A stretch of DNA of 63,990 nt, the filler included, from Basidiobolus ranarum (taxonomy: Eukaryota): the NCBI GenBank assembly GCA_040143965.1. It is 4 parts of 4 records of this genome, joined end to end, with 100 filler letters (N's around TTAATTAATTAA, not from the genome) between each part and the next. Parts side by side here need not be neighbours in the genome. Positions count along the whole stretch, not along the records: positions 16,431 to 32,740 come from JASJQH010007221.1; positions 32,841 to 49,136 come from JASJQH010007222.1; 2 more parts are not named here. One strand, 5' to 3'. The position numbers were made by a program, and so were the translations under genes. The notes below the pieces were generated by a model. That model was not told where the DNA came from and did no database searches. It saw only the letters and a program-made list of their open reading frames with translations. Shown one piece after another: positions 24,273 to 38,166 of the stretch (position 1 is the first letter of the stretch; every line of letters begins with the position of its first letter).

Positions 24273-25945
24273 CTATTCATTTTTTGCATCGAATATGGCA
24301 TAGTTCCTTCAAAGCATCATTTCATCTTTTAGAATACCTGTAGTAAATTGAAATAAATGGTTTTTAGTATATTTCAATTTACCTCGTCTCACGAAGATAG
24401 GTAGCACATATTCAGGATATATTTAAATTTCTAGGTAAATCGGGTTTGTGCATGAGATGCCGAATTTTGATTTGTCTCCCAAAATCCATTTAGAGTAAAA
24501 TCCATATCAGTCGAGACTTCCCTGAAGATACGTGCACAAAGACTAGTGGGCCGAATGAATGAACTGAAAAGCAACCCAGCAAGCAGATTATCCATAGCAT
24601 ATATGGTATTCAAGCGCAGTGCAAGGGATTCCGGCTGCAATGCCCAGAAAATATCATAATAGAGCTCAGAAGCAAGCCGTTCTTCCGAGCCATACTAACA
24701 GTCAGTGAAATAAATCAAGCTTTTGAGTAAGGCGCTTATGATGGGCAGTACCAGAAGTTACCCAAATCCATAAGCAGAATCCATATGACTAAGGGTAATG
24801 CTTTGCATCATTGTCATGAGGTGAGATTATTCAGCAATTATCCTCAGAAGGAGGTTTGAGCAAAAATATTCCCAGCTTGGCAATTGTGATCAGGAATTTG
24901 TCCAATGGATATCTTTTTCACTATTATAGCTCTGCACCATTCAGTGTTGTGGAGATATTACACTTATTTGACTCTCTGTGCATCGTTGATGCTTTTAGAA
25001 CTTTTAGCTATTGATACCTAATTTGAATTAGTTTTAATGTCACATGATTAGCCTGAGTCTCACAGATTCAAGCTTTCAGCTAAATACTCAGAGAGCTGCT
25101 CCCTACATTGGAAACTAATAATGCCAGCAGTCTTCATGAGTTAATCGTAAACATAGACTGAAAGGTGAGCACATCATTTGTGGATATATCTTTGTCTTCA
25201 TTCTCCAGGTTGAAAAGTAAAAGCTGTATAAATGGTAACAAATATTGGGTTATGTGGACACCACTCACCTGTGGAAGTACAATCAAATCTTACACTGTGG
25301 TACACTTGAAGTGATATCAAATGCTACAATGATAATAAAGGGTATGCGAGAAAAAAATGTTATTTATTTTCTCTATAGGTATCTACTTGAACGTATCTGC
25401 AAGCATATATGTCAAAGTTGGTTCTCCCTGCTGAGTTAGAATTTGCCAACTATTATAGATATATGGTCGAAATATTCTGGGAATTACTCTAGGTATGTTA
25501 TCCGCACTATATAAGAAGAATATTTCACCTAAGTGGCAGAAGTTGAAAAGACCAGCAAGCATAAGATGTCAGCAAGTGATACAAACATGCAGAGTGTTGA
25601 GCAGTATGAAAATTCCCCACGTCTTGTTTCTCATGTACCTTTAAACATCTTTTTATATCAGCAGTGAATGCACCACACTCTACCGATAAGAAACAATATA
25701 CATTAGTTAAAAGTAAGAAATTCATCATCATCATTGAGGAGCCTGTCCTCCTCAAGTATATCTTGGTTTGAAACTGAAAAATAGTTTTGAATGATTCTCT
25801 GTCCTTGCAGTATGGAAAACTGTATACAACAAAAAAGTTGAACGCATTATCAAGTCAATAGTGATATTTCTACACTGCTATACAACACACATAATGGGAC
25901 ATCAGTGCCTTTGTGCAACTTGTTGATGTATTTTGGGGGTTAGTA

Positions 25946-26360
25946 GGAATTGGTTTGGAGAACTAGAAGAATGTTGAAATTGTTGAAATTAGCTTTGCCT
26001 AAACACCTATATAGTCATATATAGCTTAGTGCTTAGTTATCTTATATTTCACTAAGATATTACCCATTATTCTCATGAGGAATTTACTTAGAATGTTTTT
26101 ACCAACTTAGAAGTTCTCAGATATATAGATTTTCAAACTTGTGCTAGAAGCCCCAAACCTTGCACGCATGTTTCTGGGACCTTCTTTAGCACATTCTACA
26201 CATTAGTTTACTTACATCTTGACAAAACTATAAATGTCAACTTGCTACTTGATAAATGAATAAGTGAAAACCACCAATTTCTCTAATTCTACAAACCACT
26301 TCCATATATAGCTTAGTATTTAGTTATTCTATATTGAACTATGTTAACTTCAACACAACC
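25946..26360. mobile_element. Copy 3 of the modular inverted-repeat element
   Basis: 26091-26304 matches 7511-7721 directly, and 25970-26090 is the reverse complement of about 7795-7910. Confidence 0.78.
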
Positions 26361-28322
26361 CAGCCAGCGCTCATTTCACACGCTGACTAGGTAAGAGCTA
26401 CATCTAGAATACTTCCATCAAAAAATATTTTTCAGGAAAATCCCTTCAATATATTCTGAAGCTTAGATCCAATGAAGTGGGCGACACGACAGATTGTCAA
26501 GAGTTTGAAAACTGATGATATCTCTATGCACCCCAAAATAACTGCGCCATCCATATATATATCCAAGAAACCTCATATTAGTCATCAATTCTATTGGAAG
26601 CTGATGATTTGCTAGGTCAAAATCAACGTAAACCTAATTTTGAGGATATTTAAATTTCACAAGTATTATTATAGAACGAAGTTGCTCGAACGCCATATTA
26701 AAATTTAATGGTGGCGAGTTAAAACAATTACGATATGGATCGATCCAAAATATCCTTCTACTTTTGGAATGAACCAGTAAGGTTAAACATCAATTTAAAT
26801 CTATCTTAAGTAAAACAACCTTTTTTCTTCTAGATTGCTAGCCAATTTCAATCTACCCCCAAAATAGTTAAATGCTGTTAATCGATTTGGAATCAATATT
26901 ATACTTTTACGGTCACACGTATATGGTTCTCTAAAGAAGACAAGGTACCGTTATCCACAAGACGCACGCTGTAGCCTATTTATGAAGATAACCATGTGTT
27001 GCTTCAATACTAGTGTGCATACTTTACTGCTTAATTTCGATTTGAGGGGGGTGCCATGTAGAGCTCACTTCTACACCACCCCACGGTTGCCCCATGGAGC
27101 TACCTAATCGAAGGGTACTTGTGTCCCATTGGAAGAGCTGGTTTTCCCATTCAACCCATATTCAGTGTTTCCTATGGTTGATTTTTGCCCGGGTCCAATC
27201 ATTCACCACCGAATTAATCGAAAAAGGGAACTATTCACAACCGGCCTATTTTAGCACTGCCTATAGTATAAGAGCCTTTCTAATATAAATCGGGAATAAT
27301 ATGCCTAGATTGATGAGAACAAGGTACGATGAAGCACCGAATGTTGATCAAATATGTATTGTATTTCTAGTAGACCATATTTGACTGATAGGAAGTATTT
27401 CTGAGCACGATAATGAAGACATTGCAGCAATGATATGCTTGAATACGCTCTTCATTGACCTATTCCTTCAGAGCTCTCTGTAAATCAAGAGGAGATCATT
27501 GGTGGATAGAAAAGACTAAGGTATGGGAAGGTATTTTCACTGCATGCCTCGCCCCATTCCACAAGGGATTATCAAGTCTGCTGTTAGTTAATATACATGT
27601 TCTTGTATTACATCTGGTGCTGAACCTTGAGAGTGCGCATCGTATTATAGATTTCTGCAAGTTAGCATCTATATGTTACATATAACCTACAACGTCAAAG
27701 CTGCATTGCAAGTGATGAGGAGCCTCAAGGTTACGTATATGATGGGGTACACTTTGCCTATGGAACCGACAAAGTATCTGATGCGAAGGTGACTGATGAG
27801 GTTCACCATGGGTTTCAGATTTTAATATACACCAGTGGCACCTCCCGTAGGAACCTGTTCTTCACCACAGGTAGTTAGACCACTACATCATACAATCTTA
27901 TGTAATTAGTCTAATTCAGCTAAACCCCTTCGGTTAGCTATCTGAACCATAGATTAGACAACTTGGAGTAAAAGATATTAGCCTGTCCATGCCAGACCAA
28001 CAATACCAGAAAGATCTTTTTTTCAACCCCATCCATTTTTATTTAATAAAGCCTACTCATAAGACTAAATTCCCATATTTAGACCTCCAATTCGTCAAAC
28101 AACCCTCTGGTGTCCTCTATTATTGGTTCGAAGGTATGTAATGAGATTAATATGACATTCGGTTACACTTGATCTTATGTTGGAATCCTTTTCTACCAAA
28201 ACAAGTTTCCAGAAACATCTTGTCACTCAATCAGTTATCTACTAGACTTCACTTAATAGAACCTTTTTCTTCAATTGTATTTAATTTTTGTTCCTCTCTC
28301 TAGTTTATGTTTTGTAGTAAGT

Positions 28323-29729
28323 ATGCATGGTCACGCTAAATCTCCAAGCTCCTCTACTTTAAGTAGTCAACCAGATCTTGTACTATACTTAAACGAGGAG
28401 GACCCAGAATATACCTACGGAGGAAGTTCCCCCGAGACTTGCGTTTCTGCAGTTTACGAATTTATTCCCGAGGAAGATGTTTGTTTTCCCAATGTGCAAC
28501 AACAAGATGATACCTCCTTCGATAGCAAGGCGCTTGATGAATACTTGGCCACTGGGCGGCATCAAATTCATCGTCGCAAAACTAGTTCAAGACGTAAGAG
28601 TATCGTCATGCAAGAACAACCCTATAATATTAACAGTCAGATCACTTATTTCTCGCCTGAGATGGGAAGTATCAAGGCTTCTTCCTTGTCCGGTTTGGCT
28701 TCACCAAAGCATTCACTTTCAGATTTGTTGAGTCTTAATATGTACTGGATAGACTTTCTTAATCCTAGTCATAATGACTTGAAATGGGTTGGAAAAATAT
28801 TTCATATTCATCCCCTTACGATAGAAGATATCCAAGGAGCCGAGAATCGAGAAAAGTGCGAATCTTTCAGGAATTATTATTTTGTTAGTATTCAAACTTT
28901 TAATCCTGACGAGGATTCTGGGAATCATTCTAGCTATGTTGATAATTCACTTAGTATTTACAATATTGTAATGCGGAACTGTGTTCTTTCGTTTCATTAT
29001 CTGCCAATTCATCATCCAGAGAAAGTTTTGACAAGATACGAGCAACTCAAGGAATACCTTGTTTTAACTCCGGATTGGATTAACTATGCACTGATGGATT
29101 CCATTGTAGACGACTTTATTCCCTTGGAAGAGAATTTGGAACTTGAGGCTGACTCGATCGATGAATTGGTGTTTATTCTTAAAGAATCGGAGCAAGCGGA
29201 TATGCTTCGTAGGATTGGCAACGCTAGAAAGGCACTCTCGGGTCTTTTGAGAATTCTAAAGCCTAAAGCTGATGTAGTGAAGGCTGTGATCAAAAGAATC
29301 GATGCTTTAAAGACGGACGAGAGACATGAGATAGGGTTATATCTTGGTGATATTCAAGGTATGAGGTTTTTTTGCTTTTGAGACGCGTTGTCCTAACTAA
29401 CCGATTGTACAATAGATCATATCCTAACGATGGTTCAAAGTGCTGCGCATTTTGAGAAAATTTTGTCGCGTGCTCACTCAAATTACTTGGCTCAGATTTC
29501 AATCGAAATCACCCAGACTAGCAATGAAATGAATGATGTGGTTGCTAAGTTAACTGTAATTGCTTCCGTGTTGGTCCCGATGAATATCATAACCGGTCTT
29601 TGGGGAATGAACGTTCGAGTTCCTGGACAAGATGAACTCAATCTCTATTGGTTTTTTGGCATCGTTGGGTTCATGGTTGTTATGTTCACCCTTAGTGTAC
29701 TTTATTGTGTGAGAAAGAAAATTATATAG
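28323..29729 (+). CDS. CorA-family Mg2+ transporter (Alr1/Mnr2-like), intron about 29359-29414
   Basis: FHIHPLTIEDI, REKCESFRNYYFV, WINYALMDSIVD, LYLGDIQDHI, LSRAHSNYLAQ and the GLWGMNVRVPG signature with two TMs. Confidence 0.92.
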
Positions 29730-30758
29730 CCCTTCTCATTTTCAGTACCAACCCACTTCATTCCTCAATCATTGTTAAGACCTATTTAGCCTTTAGAGTG
29801 CTTTTTATATATAGCTCTAATCCCGTTGTGAATAGTATATTAGTTTTTCCCGGTTCAGCTACTTTTTTGGATTCTCACTACTGTCAAGCAAGACAATTAA
29901 TTGCAGTCAAAGTCCTGTACCACATTTAATCTTACTCTAGCTTTCAAGTTAGCGGTCTCATCCCAAATAAATGACATGGAATTTTACCATACACCCCTAA
30001 CCTTCTATTTGTAACTTTCCATTGACTGCTAAATAACGTCATGGTTTCTTGTACGTTCCAAACAAATCATAGCCATCAACAGTAAATGCCACCTTACAGG
30101 GAGTATCCAGTTTTCAGGAGAGCGAGAAAGATAGACAACTATTCAGTGCTTTATGGTGTTTTAGCTTCGTTGTGTTCACTGACAAATACCTGGTTAGTGA
30201 CATATTCAATCCATGTGTAGCTAAATGGTAGTATAGTTTGATTGTGAAACTTTGATCGAGATACAAAATGCTAGAAGAATATTCAATGTAGACAAACAAT
30301 TATATATCAAGATTATTTCACCTCAATTCAATGGAAGCGAGTTGCGTTGAGAAATACCGTAAACAATGACCCAAGTAGAGATTCCGCATTTTAGTGTACT
30401 TCAACAATATAAAGTTCCTTTCCACTAGCTTATGTAAAAAATATATGGCGTCACTGCCAGTGGCTTAGCTTCAGTTCATTATGTTTCGGGGTCAAGATTC
30501 TACTTTCGTCATCTAAAGAATATGGAACTAAGCCACCTCAGACAACGTACGTCAAGTATCAAACGAATCACTTCTTTGTTTTTGTCACATTGCACCTTAA
30601 GGCCTCCGATATTCCAATAAAAAACCAGTTTTCAATAAGACAGATTAGCAACTCATTATATCCGTAGTGGCGAGATCAAGTAGTGTGAAGGATATAAATA
30701 TAGATCAAACTCATCATCACAAAATACGTTTTCTTTACGATACGGTATTCTTTCTCTA

Positions 30759-31931
30759 ATGCTCGCTAAACGTTTGCTTTCAACTTTGCTGTTGTGTTTG
30801 TCTTTTGATCCTATCATATCAATCCCCAAGGATCTTCGTCCTGTCCCTAATAATATCTTGGACGTTATTCTTGAAGATGGAAGGTTCTCGCGTCTCATCG
30901 ATATATTGGGGTCACATCAAGGTCTAGCCGGTGATTTAACCGATCCAAGACAAGAGGTAAAAGAAAGTGACCATTTCATACACACACGCCCTCGAGATTT
31001 ATTTGCTTCTACTAGGTAACCTTCCTGGCTCCAATTGATAGCGCTTTCGAAAAGATTCAAGATAAACACTATGGAAGAATTCCGAAAGAGCAGATTCAGG
31101 ATGTAAGTGTCATTCCCAATATCAAAAATCCTAATATACAGTATCCAAATTCTAATGCTGGTTCAGCTTCTGGACTATCACGTATTACCTGGAGCGATCG
31201 ATACAGACTTGTTTGAAGATAAGCATCTTTTCGAAACCTTGCTGCAAAGTTATTCATTGAAGGGCCATCATCAACATATCCGGGTAATTCATCATAATGG
31301 AGTGCCCTATCTCAACGACCGTGTTCAAATAATTGACGGGGATCTAGAGGCTACTAACGGATATGTACACGCAGTGGATGAGCTTTTAACACTCCCACCT
31401 TCAATTCACAAGGTCATACGCCAGTTTGATCGGTATCATTTCTCTATTCTCGTTTCTGCTCTAAGTGATACGCGATTATTTAAAACGATCGAGAGTAAAA
31501 GAGGTATCACCGGGTTTTTGCCTACCAATAATGCTTTCCGTAGTCTGGGCTGCCGAAACCTAAAATATCTGTTCTCGTCCAAGGGTGAGGAAGATCTGGA
31601 GAGATTGCTAGAATATCATTTCTCTCCTAAAATCGTGTATACCACCGAGTTGAATCAGAAATATCGCTTTGTTGATATGAATGAGCCTCAACAGTACTCT
31701 CGTGAGATCGAGATTCCGACTTTACTGGGAAATGAACGTATTTCGTTAAAGGCTAAACGACTTCAAAGTGGTAGAGTTAGAGTCAAAGTTAACGACTACG
31801 CTAATGTTATATATGATGATGCAATTACTGAGAATGGTGTATTGCATGTTATCGACTCAGTTTTAATCCCAGAAGATCTAGATTTACCAGATCCTGAATG
31901 GATGGATGATGAATACTGTGACGAGTTTTAA
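30759..31931 (+). CDS. Secreted fasciclin (two FAS1 domains), two introns
   Basis: Signal peptide, TFLAPIDSAF, LLDYHVLPG, ATNGYVHAVDELL, TGFLPTNNAF and ENGVLHVIDSVLIP. Confidence 0.9.
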
Positions 31932-32080
31932 AGGTTCATGCCTGGTACATTTTCGATATTTGCTCAAGTGCAAGTTTCAAACTTGGTTTATTTTTTACCC
32001 AGTAATAAATATCTGTTTCATAAATAGTCTGGAGAAGCATCATGTGTGTTGCATGGCTTTGCCAGCAAAAAGATGTTATT

Positions 32081-32740
32081 TCAAAAATATAATTCCGAGT
32101 CTCGTAAACATTCAGCCACTGTAACTGGCTTATATCCCTTTGAGGTGATATAATCCAGTATAGATGCAGTTTCATTGACACTTCCTTGATGGATATCGTG
32201 CATCAAGGAAATAAAGCTATCCTTTGCAGGATTGGATTTCCTGAGTGCCTTCTTAAACACCTTGAGATCATTTGTAGGTTTTCCCGCACTGGCCAACTTC
32301 CAATCGCGAGTATCAAGATTCCACTGCACTACACGATATCCTTTATCGCCAAGTAACTTAAGATTGGCTTTGCTACAATCCCCATAGGGGCAGCGGAAAT
32401 ATTTGGGTGATTTGCCGATTACTTTAGAGATTGCGTCAGAGGCAGTTTGGGTCTGGTTCAAAACCTGAGCGTCCGTTAGCTTAGATAAAGCCGGATGATC
32501 ATACGTATGGACTGCAATTTGATGACCTTCTTTGTAAGCACGCTTGAGAGTGTCTTGGAACTTAGTAGTCTCGAGTTGTTTACCTGGGTGATGTATATTT
32601 CAGTATATTGAACGTTAAGTTAGCACTGGTTACACAAAACTTACCAATAACAAAGAAGGTGACTTTAACGGATTTTTTTGCCAAAGTATCAAGCAAATCA
32701 TTAGTAAACTTGCCTGGTCCATCATCGTTAGTTATTGCAC
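32081..32740 (-). CDS. CE4 polysaccharide/chitin deacetylase, 5' end lost in the gap
   Basis: T.DDGP, TFFVIG, HQIAVHTYDHP, YFRCPYG, WNLDTRDW, ISLMHD and VTVAECL motifs. Confidence 0.92.
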
Positions 32741-32840
32741 NNNNNNNNNNNNNNNNNNNNNNNNNNNNNNNNNNNNNNNNNNNNTTAATTAATTAANNNN
32801 NNNNNNNNNNNNNNNNNNNNNNNNNNNNNNNNNNNNNNNN
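32741..32840. other. Assembly spacer
   Basis: 44 N + TTAATTAATTAA + 44 N. Confidence 0.97.
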
Positions 32841-34441
32841 CAACGCGGAATTCACAATGTAATTGTTGATATCGCGTTGAGCGACCCCCCCGCATTGAAG
32901 CGCGACTCAATAAAAACCACTGCACTTTTCGCCCGCCAAGAAGAAATTGATGTAGTTGTATTTGTTGTCGGTGCCGAAAATCACTTCACCCTATCTGTAA
33001 GTAATCCTTTTTAGGACTTTTAAGCCAAGATAGACAGTTAATTGTGATCGATTATTTTATTCTCAGGGGGAAGAGTTTCTGAGAAGTGCTGGTCGTGAGA
33101 AAGAGTATATATTCATTGTTGTCAATCGATTCGATAATATTCGTGACAAATCCAGATGTCGGCGTCAAATTTTAGAGCAGATCAAAGAGATCTCTCCTCG
33201 TACCTATGAAGATGCTGATGATTTTGTTCACTTTGTTAGCGCTAGTAATTGTTTGAATTCTGATGAGACCCCGCAAGAATTCACTAAGCTCGAGCAAAGT
33301 TTACGCTCATTTGCATTGGAAAAGCGTGCTAAATCGAAGTTGGCTCCTGCAAAATTGTTTTTGAAAAACATTTTCAACGACATCCATCTTTTGTCTAGCT
33401 TCAACAAAGAGAAAGCAGAAAGAGATTTAGCGGAAACCACCAAGAGCCTAAAAGAGAGCAAATCTGCTTATGAAGATATCTTGAATCGTAGTCAACGTGT
33501 TATTGATGATACAGACAGAATACTAGAAGATACATGTAGCTATATTAACCTTCATTCTCGCTCCAAACTTAGCAATGCTATCGAAACTTTAGAGGAGTTT
33601 TCATCAGTTGTTGAATGGAAAGGACTCTTGCATGTCTGGCAATTTGCAAAGCAAGTGAAGAATACCATGGTCAATTTTATTGAAACCCGAGTGATTGAAT
33701 GTGAGCATAAAGCTAAAGAACGCACCTCTGTTGGTCTTCGAAGGCTAGCTAATCTCGGGTCAAGCAAGCATTTGGATCAACCGCTAACAGATGTTGATAT
33801 TGATTCCCTATTTAGTGTGGCAAATCCCTCGAGAAGGCTAGATATCCAAGTCGAGATTACTGACTTAATTGACTTGAGAGAAAAGTTCAATATGATGACT
33901 CTATCTTTGGGATCAGTAGGGGTGGTGGCCGGCAAATATATAGGCTACCAGAGAATGTTCTCTGGTTTCCTAGATATGGGCAACTCGATAGGATTCCAGC
34001 CTAGACGCTGGGGATGGCTTGGTGTTGCTGTGAGTAAGTTGTACTTGATACATTTAATTTGCACAGGCTAAGTACTCACCAAAATCTTACGTAGGCGCTG
34101 GTGCTATTTATTTTATTATCTCTGATATGCGCTACGTTGTGGAACGTAAGATTGCCAATAAGATTCGTGAAACTATCCAAAAGACCAATTATGTTCACAG
34201 TCAAGTCGAACATATCACGAAAGAGAGCCGTAATGTCCTTCGAATGTCTTCGTGGGACCTCCAAACACGTTTCCAAAATGCCGTAAAGGCTCAAGAAGAG
34301 CAACGTCAAAAGCAAGTCAATATGCAGAAAGCTGCAATAGAGGCAAAAGAATACTTCACTTCTTTGTCGAGCAAGGTGGATTTGTTAACTAGCACTGTGA
34401 ATGCTATTGATACCGAAGAACGCAAAATTATTTGGAATTGA
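32841..34441 (+). CDS. FZO1: Mitofusin Fzo1, 5'-truncated by the gap
   Basis: [71 protein letters not shown], then two TMs and a C-terminal coiled coil. Confidence 0.9.
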
Positions 34442-35207
34442 ACACTAAGCCGATATACCCCGTATGATCTATATATATGTTGATTTCATCTTTGCTCATA
34501 TCCTTTGATTTGCAGATATATCCAGATTCTCTGTTGGGTAGCATGGTTTGCATCCTTCGAAGAACATGCCAGCCTTTCACTATACTACATTGTTGAATTA
34601 ATGTTCGTTGTTTATCTTTGTTTATATTATTCATTTACCCTTTGTTTTGGCTCAAATCACTACTCATTGTGTTTCGTTTTACTAGTAAGTGCACAGCAGA
34701 ATATCTTATATAATCACTGTGAACATATTGAGCTTCGTTGGATATTAAATAACAACATTTAGCATAAATTTTAACATTTAGAAGGATCATACATTGTATA
34801 GTTGTAGAACCTATTATGTATTTACTCTCGTGTGATGTTGTGGAAGAAAACCAAAGACTACATGTCATTTTATTTTGATTGCGATTAGAAATACATGTTC
34901 CATGGTTTTATCGAGTACCATATATGCATATACTACGAAATCAATTAATTTCTAGTGAAAAAAAATGTTGATTTCCAGTTAGGAAATATTTTGTATATCA
35001 AAATCAAAATAATTCTTAAATTCAATCAGTATATTTGGAAATAGAGCTAACATAAATTTCTGAATGGCTTTTCTTGACCTCGACAACTGAGCATCTGTAA
35101 TTTTTTTCAACTGCAACCGCTCTTGCTAGTAATTCCGTAATTTTAATAACCAAAACGTAGAAGCATACCACATAACAGAAACATAACCAGAGTATATATC
35201 TTTTACC

Positions 35208-36446
35208 ATGAAAGTCAAAACAATCACAAAAAGGGTTCAAGTTGTAACTGAACACGAGATCATGAAGAGCGCTAAGCCTGTTAGCGGTCACCCCATTCGT
35301 AAATGGAAACTATCTGTTTATGGTTTAGACGATAACAACGAGAGGGTATCGATGGAGTACGTAGATAAAGTGGAGTATATTCTCCACCCAAGCTTTACTA
35401 ACCCTAGAAGAGGTATGATATTCTCTTTCTTTTTGATTTCACACATTTCACAAATTATGTGCCCACTGTCAAAGCTTTCCTATACTATACCTCCCCCCTC
35501 CACCACACACAAATATGACATGGTTTCAAACACGCGTATACAGTAAACTACGTGTTTGGTTACTATATTCTTGAATACATTCGACTTTCTTAATTTTCTT
35601 ATTTGAACTGGTTGAGATTTTTCAATTCTCCTTGTGCTTATTAATTTTATACGATACACACTTAGTTACCTCAAAGCCGCCTTTCTCATTGCAAGAAAAA
35701 GGGTGGGGCGAATTCGACATGCAAGTAATTCTGCATTTCATCGACAAGACTACCTTCCCTTTGGTGCATGACTTGAACTTTCGCTCAAGTCACTACGAGG
35801 TTCCTCATGTTGTTGTAAGTTATTCATTTTATCTCAAGCCAGATTATCGAGTTTCTCAACGTTTTCTAGACCTTTAATAATCCCAAAGGAGTCCTACTAA
35901 AAGTATTAGAGGGAGAGAAGCTACCCGGAGAGGAGGAGACTTCTATTCCTGAGAACAACACCCTTGTGAAAGACAAAAGGATCAGCTCTACTAAGGGGAA
36001 ATCTTCCAGAAAAAAGCCTAAAGCAGAGTCTGATATGGGTATTTCATCACTAGCCTCCATCTCTCCAGAGAAAGAAAAGAGACTTGGATCGGTAAAATTA
36101 CTATTTCAAACCCTAAATCAACATCTACACCAATCTGATTATCATTTTATTCCTACTTAGATCAGTTGCGAGCGGCTTGCAGAGAAACTATATAAACTTT
36201 CCGGAAGTGATATTCTAGATGTTGTGAATTTTGTGAAAGAGCGAAGAGGCAAAGGTACATATGTCAATGAAGAAGTTGAAGGTAAAGTATTGTTAACACC
36301 ATGTATCATGACGAACAATCCAGGAACTCATTTTCATCCATTTATTAGGAGAATTCCACTTTGATCTCTACACTTTGACAGATTCTTGCTTAAAAGATTT
36401 AAATGAATTGGTGGATTCCAAGCTTAAAGCATTAGAGACGCGGTGA
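35208..36446 (+). CDS. TAF14: YEATS plus ET domain protein Taf14/Tfg3, multi-exon
   Basis: YVDKVEYILHPSFTNPRR, KPPFSLQEKGWGEFDM, HDLNF and C-terminal LAEKLYKL...EGEFHFDLYTL; stop at 36444-36446. Confidence 0.88.
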
Positions 36447-37785
36447 ATGAATTACAAGCGTTACTAGATACACATATCAAGTTTTTTCTCTCTCACTGAA
36501 TGTTTTGTAACGTCACATAAAACCTGTATATAAATTGATTATATTTGCTCTCTATTATCAATTTTCACCTGATAATTCAAGAACCATAGCGAATTGCTCA
36601 TTTGTTTGACTCTCTGGGTTAACGTTACTTTTCTTGGGAGTATTTGTGGTTACTACCATGCTGCATCTAGTCTTTATTCTATACATAAATCACAACTGCA
36701 TATAATATAATTCTTAGCAATCCGTTTTCTTTGCCAGAGGTTTTGTGAATTCGTATGATGAGGCAAAAGCGCAGGTTATGATTGAATAAAATAATATTAG
36801 ACCACCATCCAGGTACTACTAACTGGTTGGTTGTTTTCGAGAAAATTAGGAAATATATTCCTCACTAGAGCCAAGGCAGTAATGCTTTCTCTGCTCTATT
36901 TATAATTCATACGGGAAAGTGGTGGTTTTTACTAGATGAGTAATAAATATGTGACTAGTAAAAGTATGAGAATGGTGATAATTTGTTTATACTCATTCAT
37001 TGATTGAGCAGTCACTTTTCACGGGCACTTGTAGTGTCTGATTCAATTGGTACAACTGATGTATCCGAAATTAATAGAATTGATAAAATCCAAAACACCT
37101 CGTAGTTTAGTAGTGAGCATCAATCACTTATGTACCTTAACACCACCAAGACCTGAGATTTAACAGTACAATAATTAATGCATGTTTTGATAAGACTTTA
37201 CAAGTCAACAACAAAAAGATGCTAAAGAACACTAGAAGAGTACTCTATTCAGCCAAAAGATGCTATAATACTTTGAGGCTATACGGCAAAGGAATAGTAG
37301 AAGATATCAGAGAAATACTTAAGAGTATTCCGGGCTGTCTTACAGTAGCATTTAGAGCAACCTCATCATATGTTATCCTCAAGAAAGTGTGCTTAAAACT
37401 GATTCATCAACATCCGGGACACTATTCTATACATAGTAAGTCACAGACACAATTGAAGTCAAAGTTACCAATACATAACATATCCATTTGTAAAGATTGA
37501 TTTAGGCCGTGTAGTTAATACTTGAAATCGCAAGATACATAGATGGTTGCTATTACACCAAATGATGATTGTTCTTATTTCTGTAACAATCGTATGACCC
37601 GAAGAATATTTAATGCTTTTCATCGCTAGGAGAATCTTGTTCAATGATCGATTGAGCAGTATTGAATTCATACGACATAGATACCGAAAGAGTTTTAGTA
37701 TATTCCTTTATTCAGATATGTATAAGTAAAATACATGGCATTTAAAAATGCTAACTCAGTCAACTAAAGCGGAAAATCGCGGGAT

Positions 37786-38166
37786 TTATTTTCTTTGTTC
37801 TGAGGGCTGTTGATGTTCGGTTTTCATCGTAGAAGGTAATTTGTCATGTATATCTTTATCCAGCTTTGCTGTAACATGCGTGACGTTTACTGCACTAGGG
37901 GCATGTAGCTCTTCGCCATCTGGATGGGCGCCCTTTTTGTATTTGTACTTGTAATCACCATCCTTTGGATCATCTTGATGCCAAGGATGTGAGTTATCTG
38001 TGGCCAAACGGATATTTTTGTCAGGAACAGCATTTTGGCCTTTGCGACCTGCCATATATCCCACAGCTCCGAATACACCTGACATAACGGCGAGGAGAGG
38101 GATGTTGCTTGGGTCGATGGTGAGCATTCTCCAGAGGGAGCGACTTCTTGGTGCAGTACTGGCCAT
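37786..38166 (-). CDS. Small single-TM protein, NDUFA4/B12D-like
   Basis: DPSNIPLLAVMSGVFGAVGYMAGRK followed by PD..IRL...HPW resembles the MLRQ/B12D pattern; intact 126-aa ORF. Confidence 0.55.
   Translation of the reverse strand: MASTAPRSRSLWRMLTIDPSNIPLLAVMSGVFGAVGYMAGRKGQNAVPDKNIRLATDNSHPWHQDDPKDGDYKYKYKKGAHPDGEELHAPSAVNVTHVTAKLDKDIHDKLPSTMKTEHQQPSEQRK

Noticed and set aside
24431..24790. Possible second copia protease relic on the minus strand (WIWVTSGTAHH; LRLNTIYAMDNLLAGLL)
   Set aside because: Too degenerate to distinguish from chance without a profile search.
27047..27083. GC-rich hairpin GGGGTG-CCA-TGTAGA...TCTACA-C-CACCCC
   Set aside because: A single short stem with no match to any tRNA, snRNA or Helitron end I can recognise.
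32720..32740. TNDDGP instead of T(F/Y)DDGP in the deacetylase
   Set aside because: It is a single-base difference within about 15 nt of a contig end and is probably an error.
32841..32910. Stops and odd residues at the start of the FZO1 fragment, suggesting a pseudogene
   Set aside because: Confined to the contig edge where consensus quality is low; the rest of the gene is intact.
37188..37344. TGATAAGAC...GTCTTACA as a possible solo LTR
   Set aside because: No target-site duplication and no second copy in the window.
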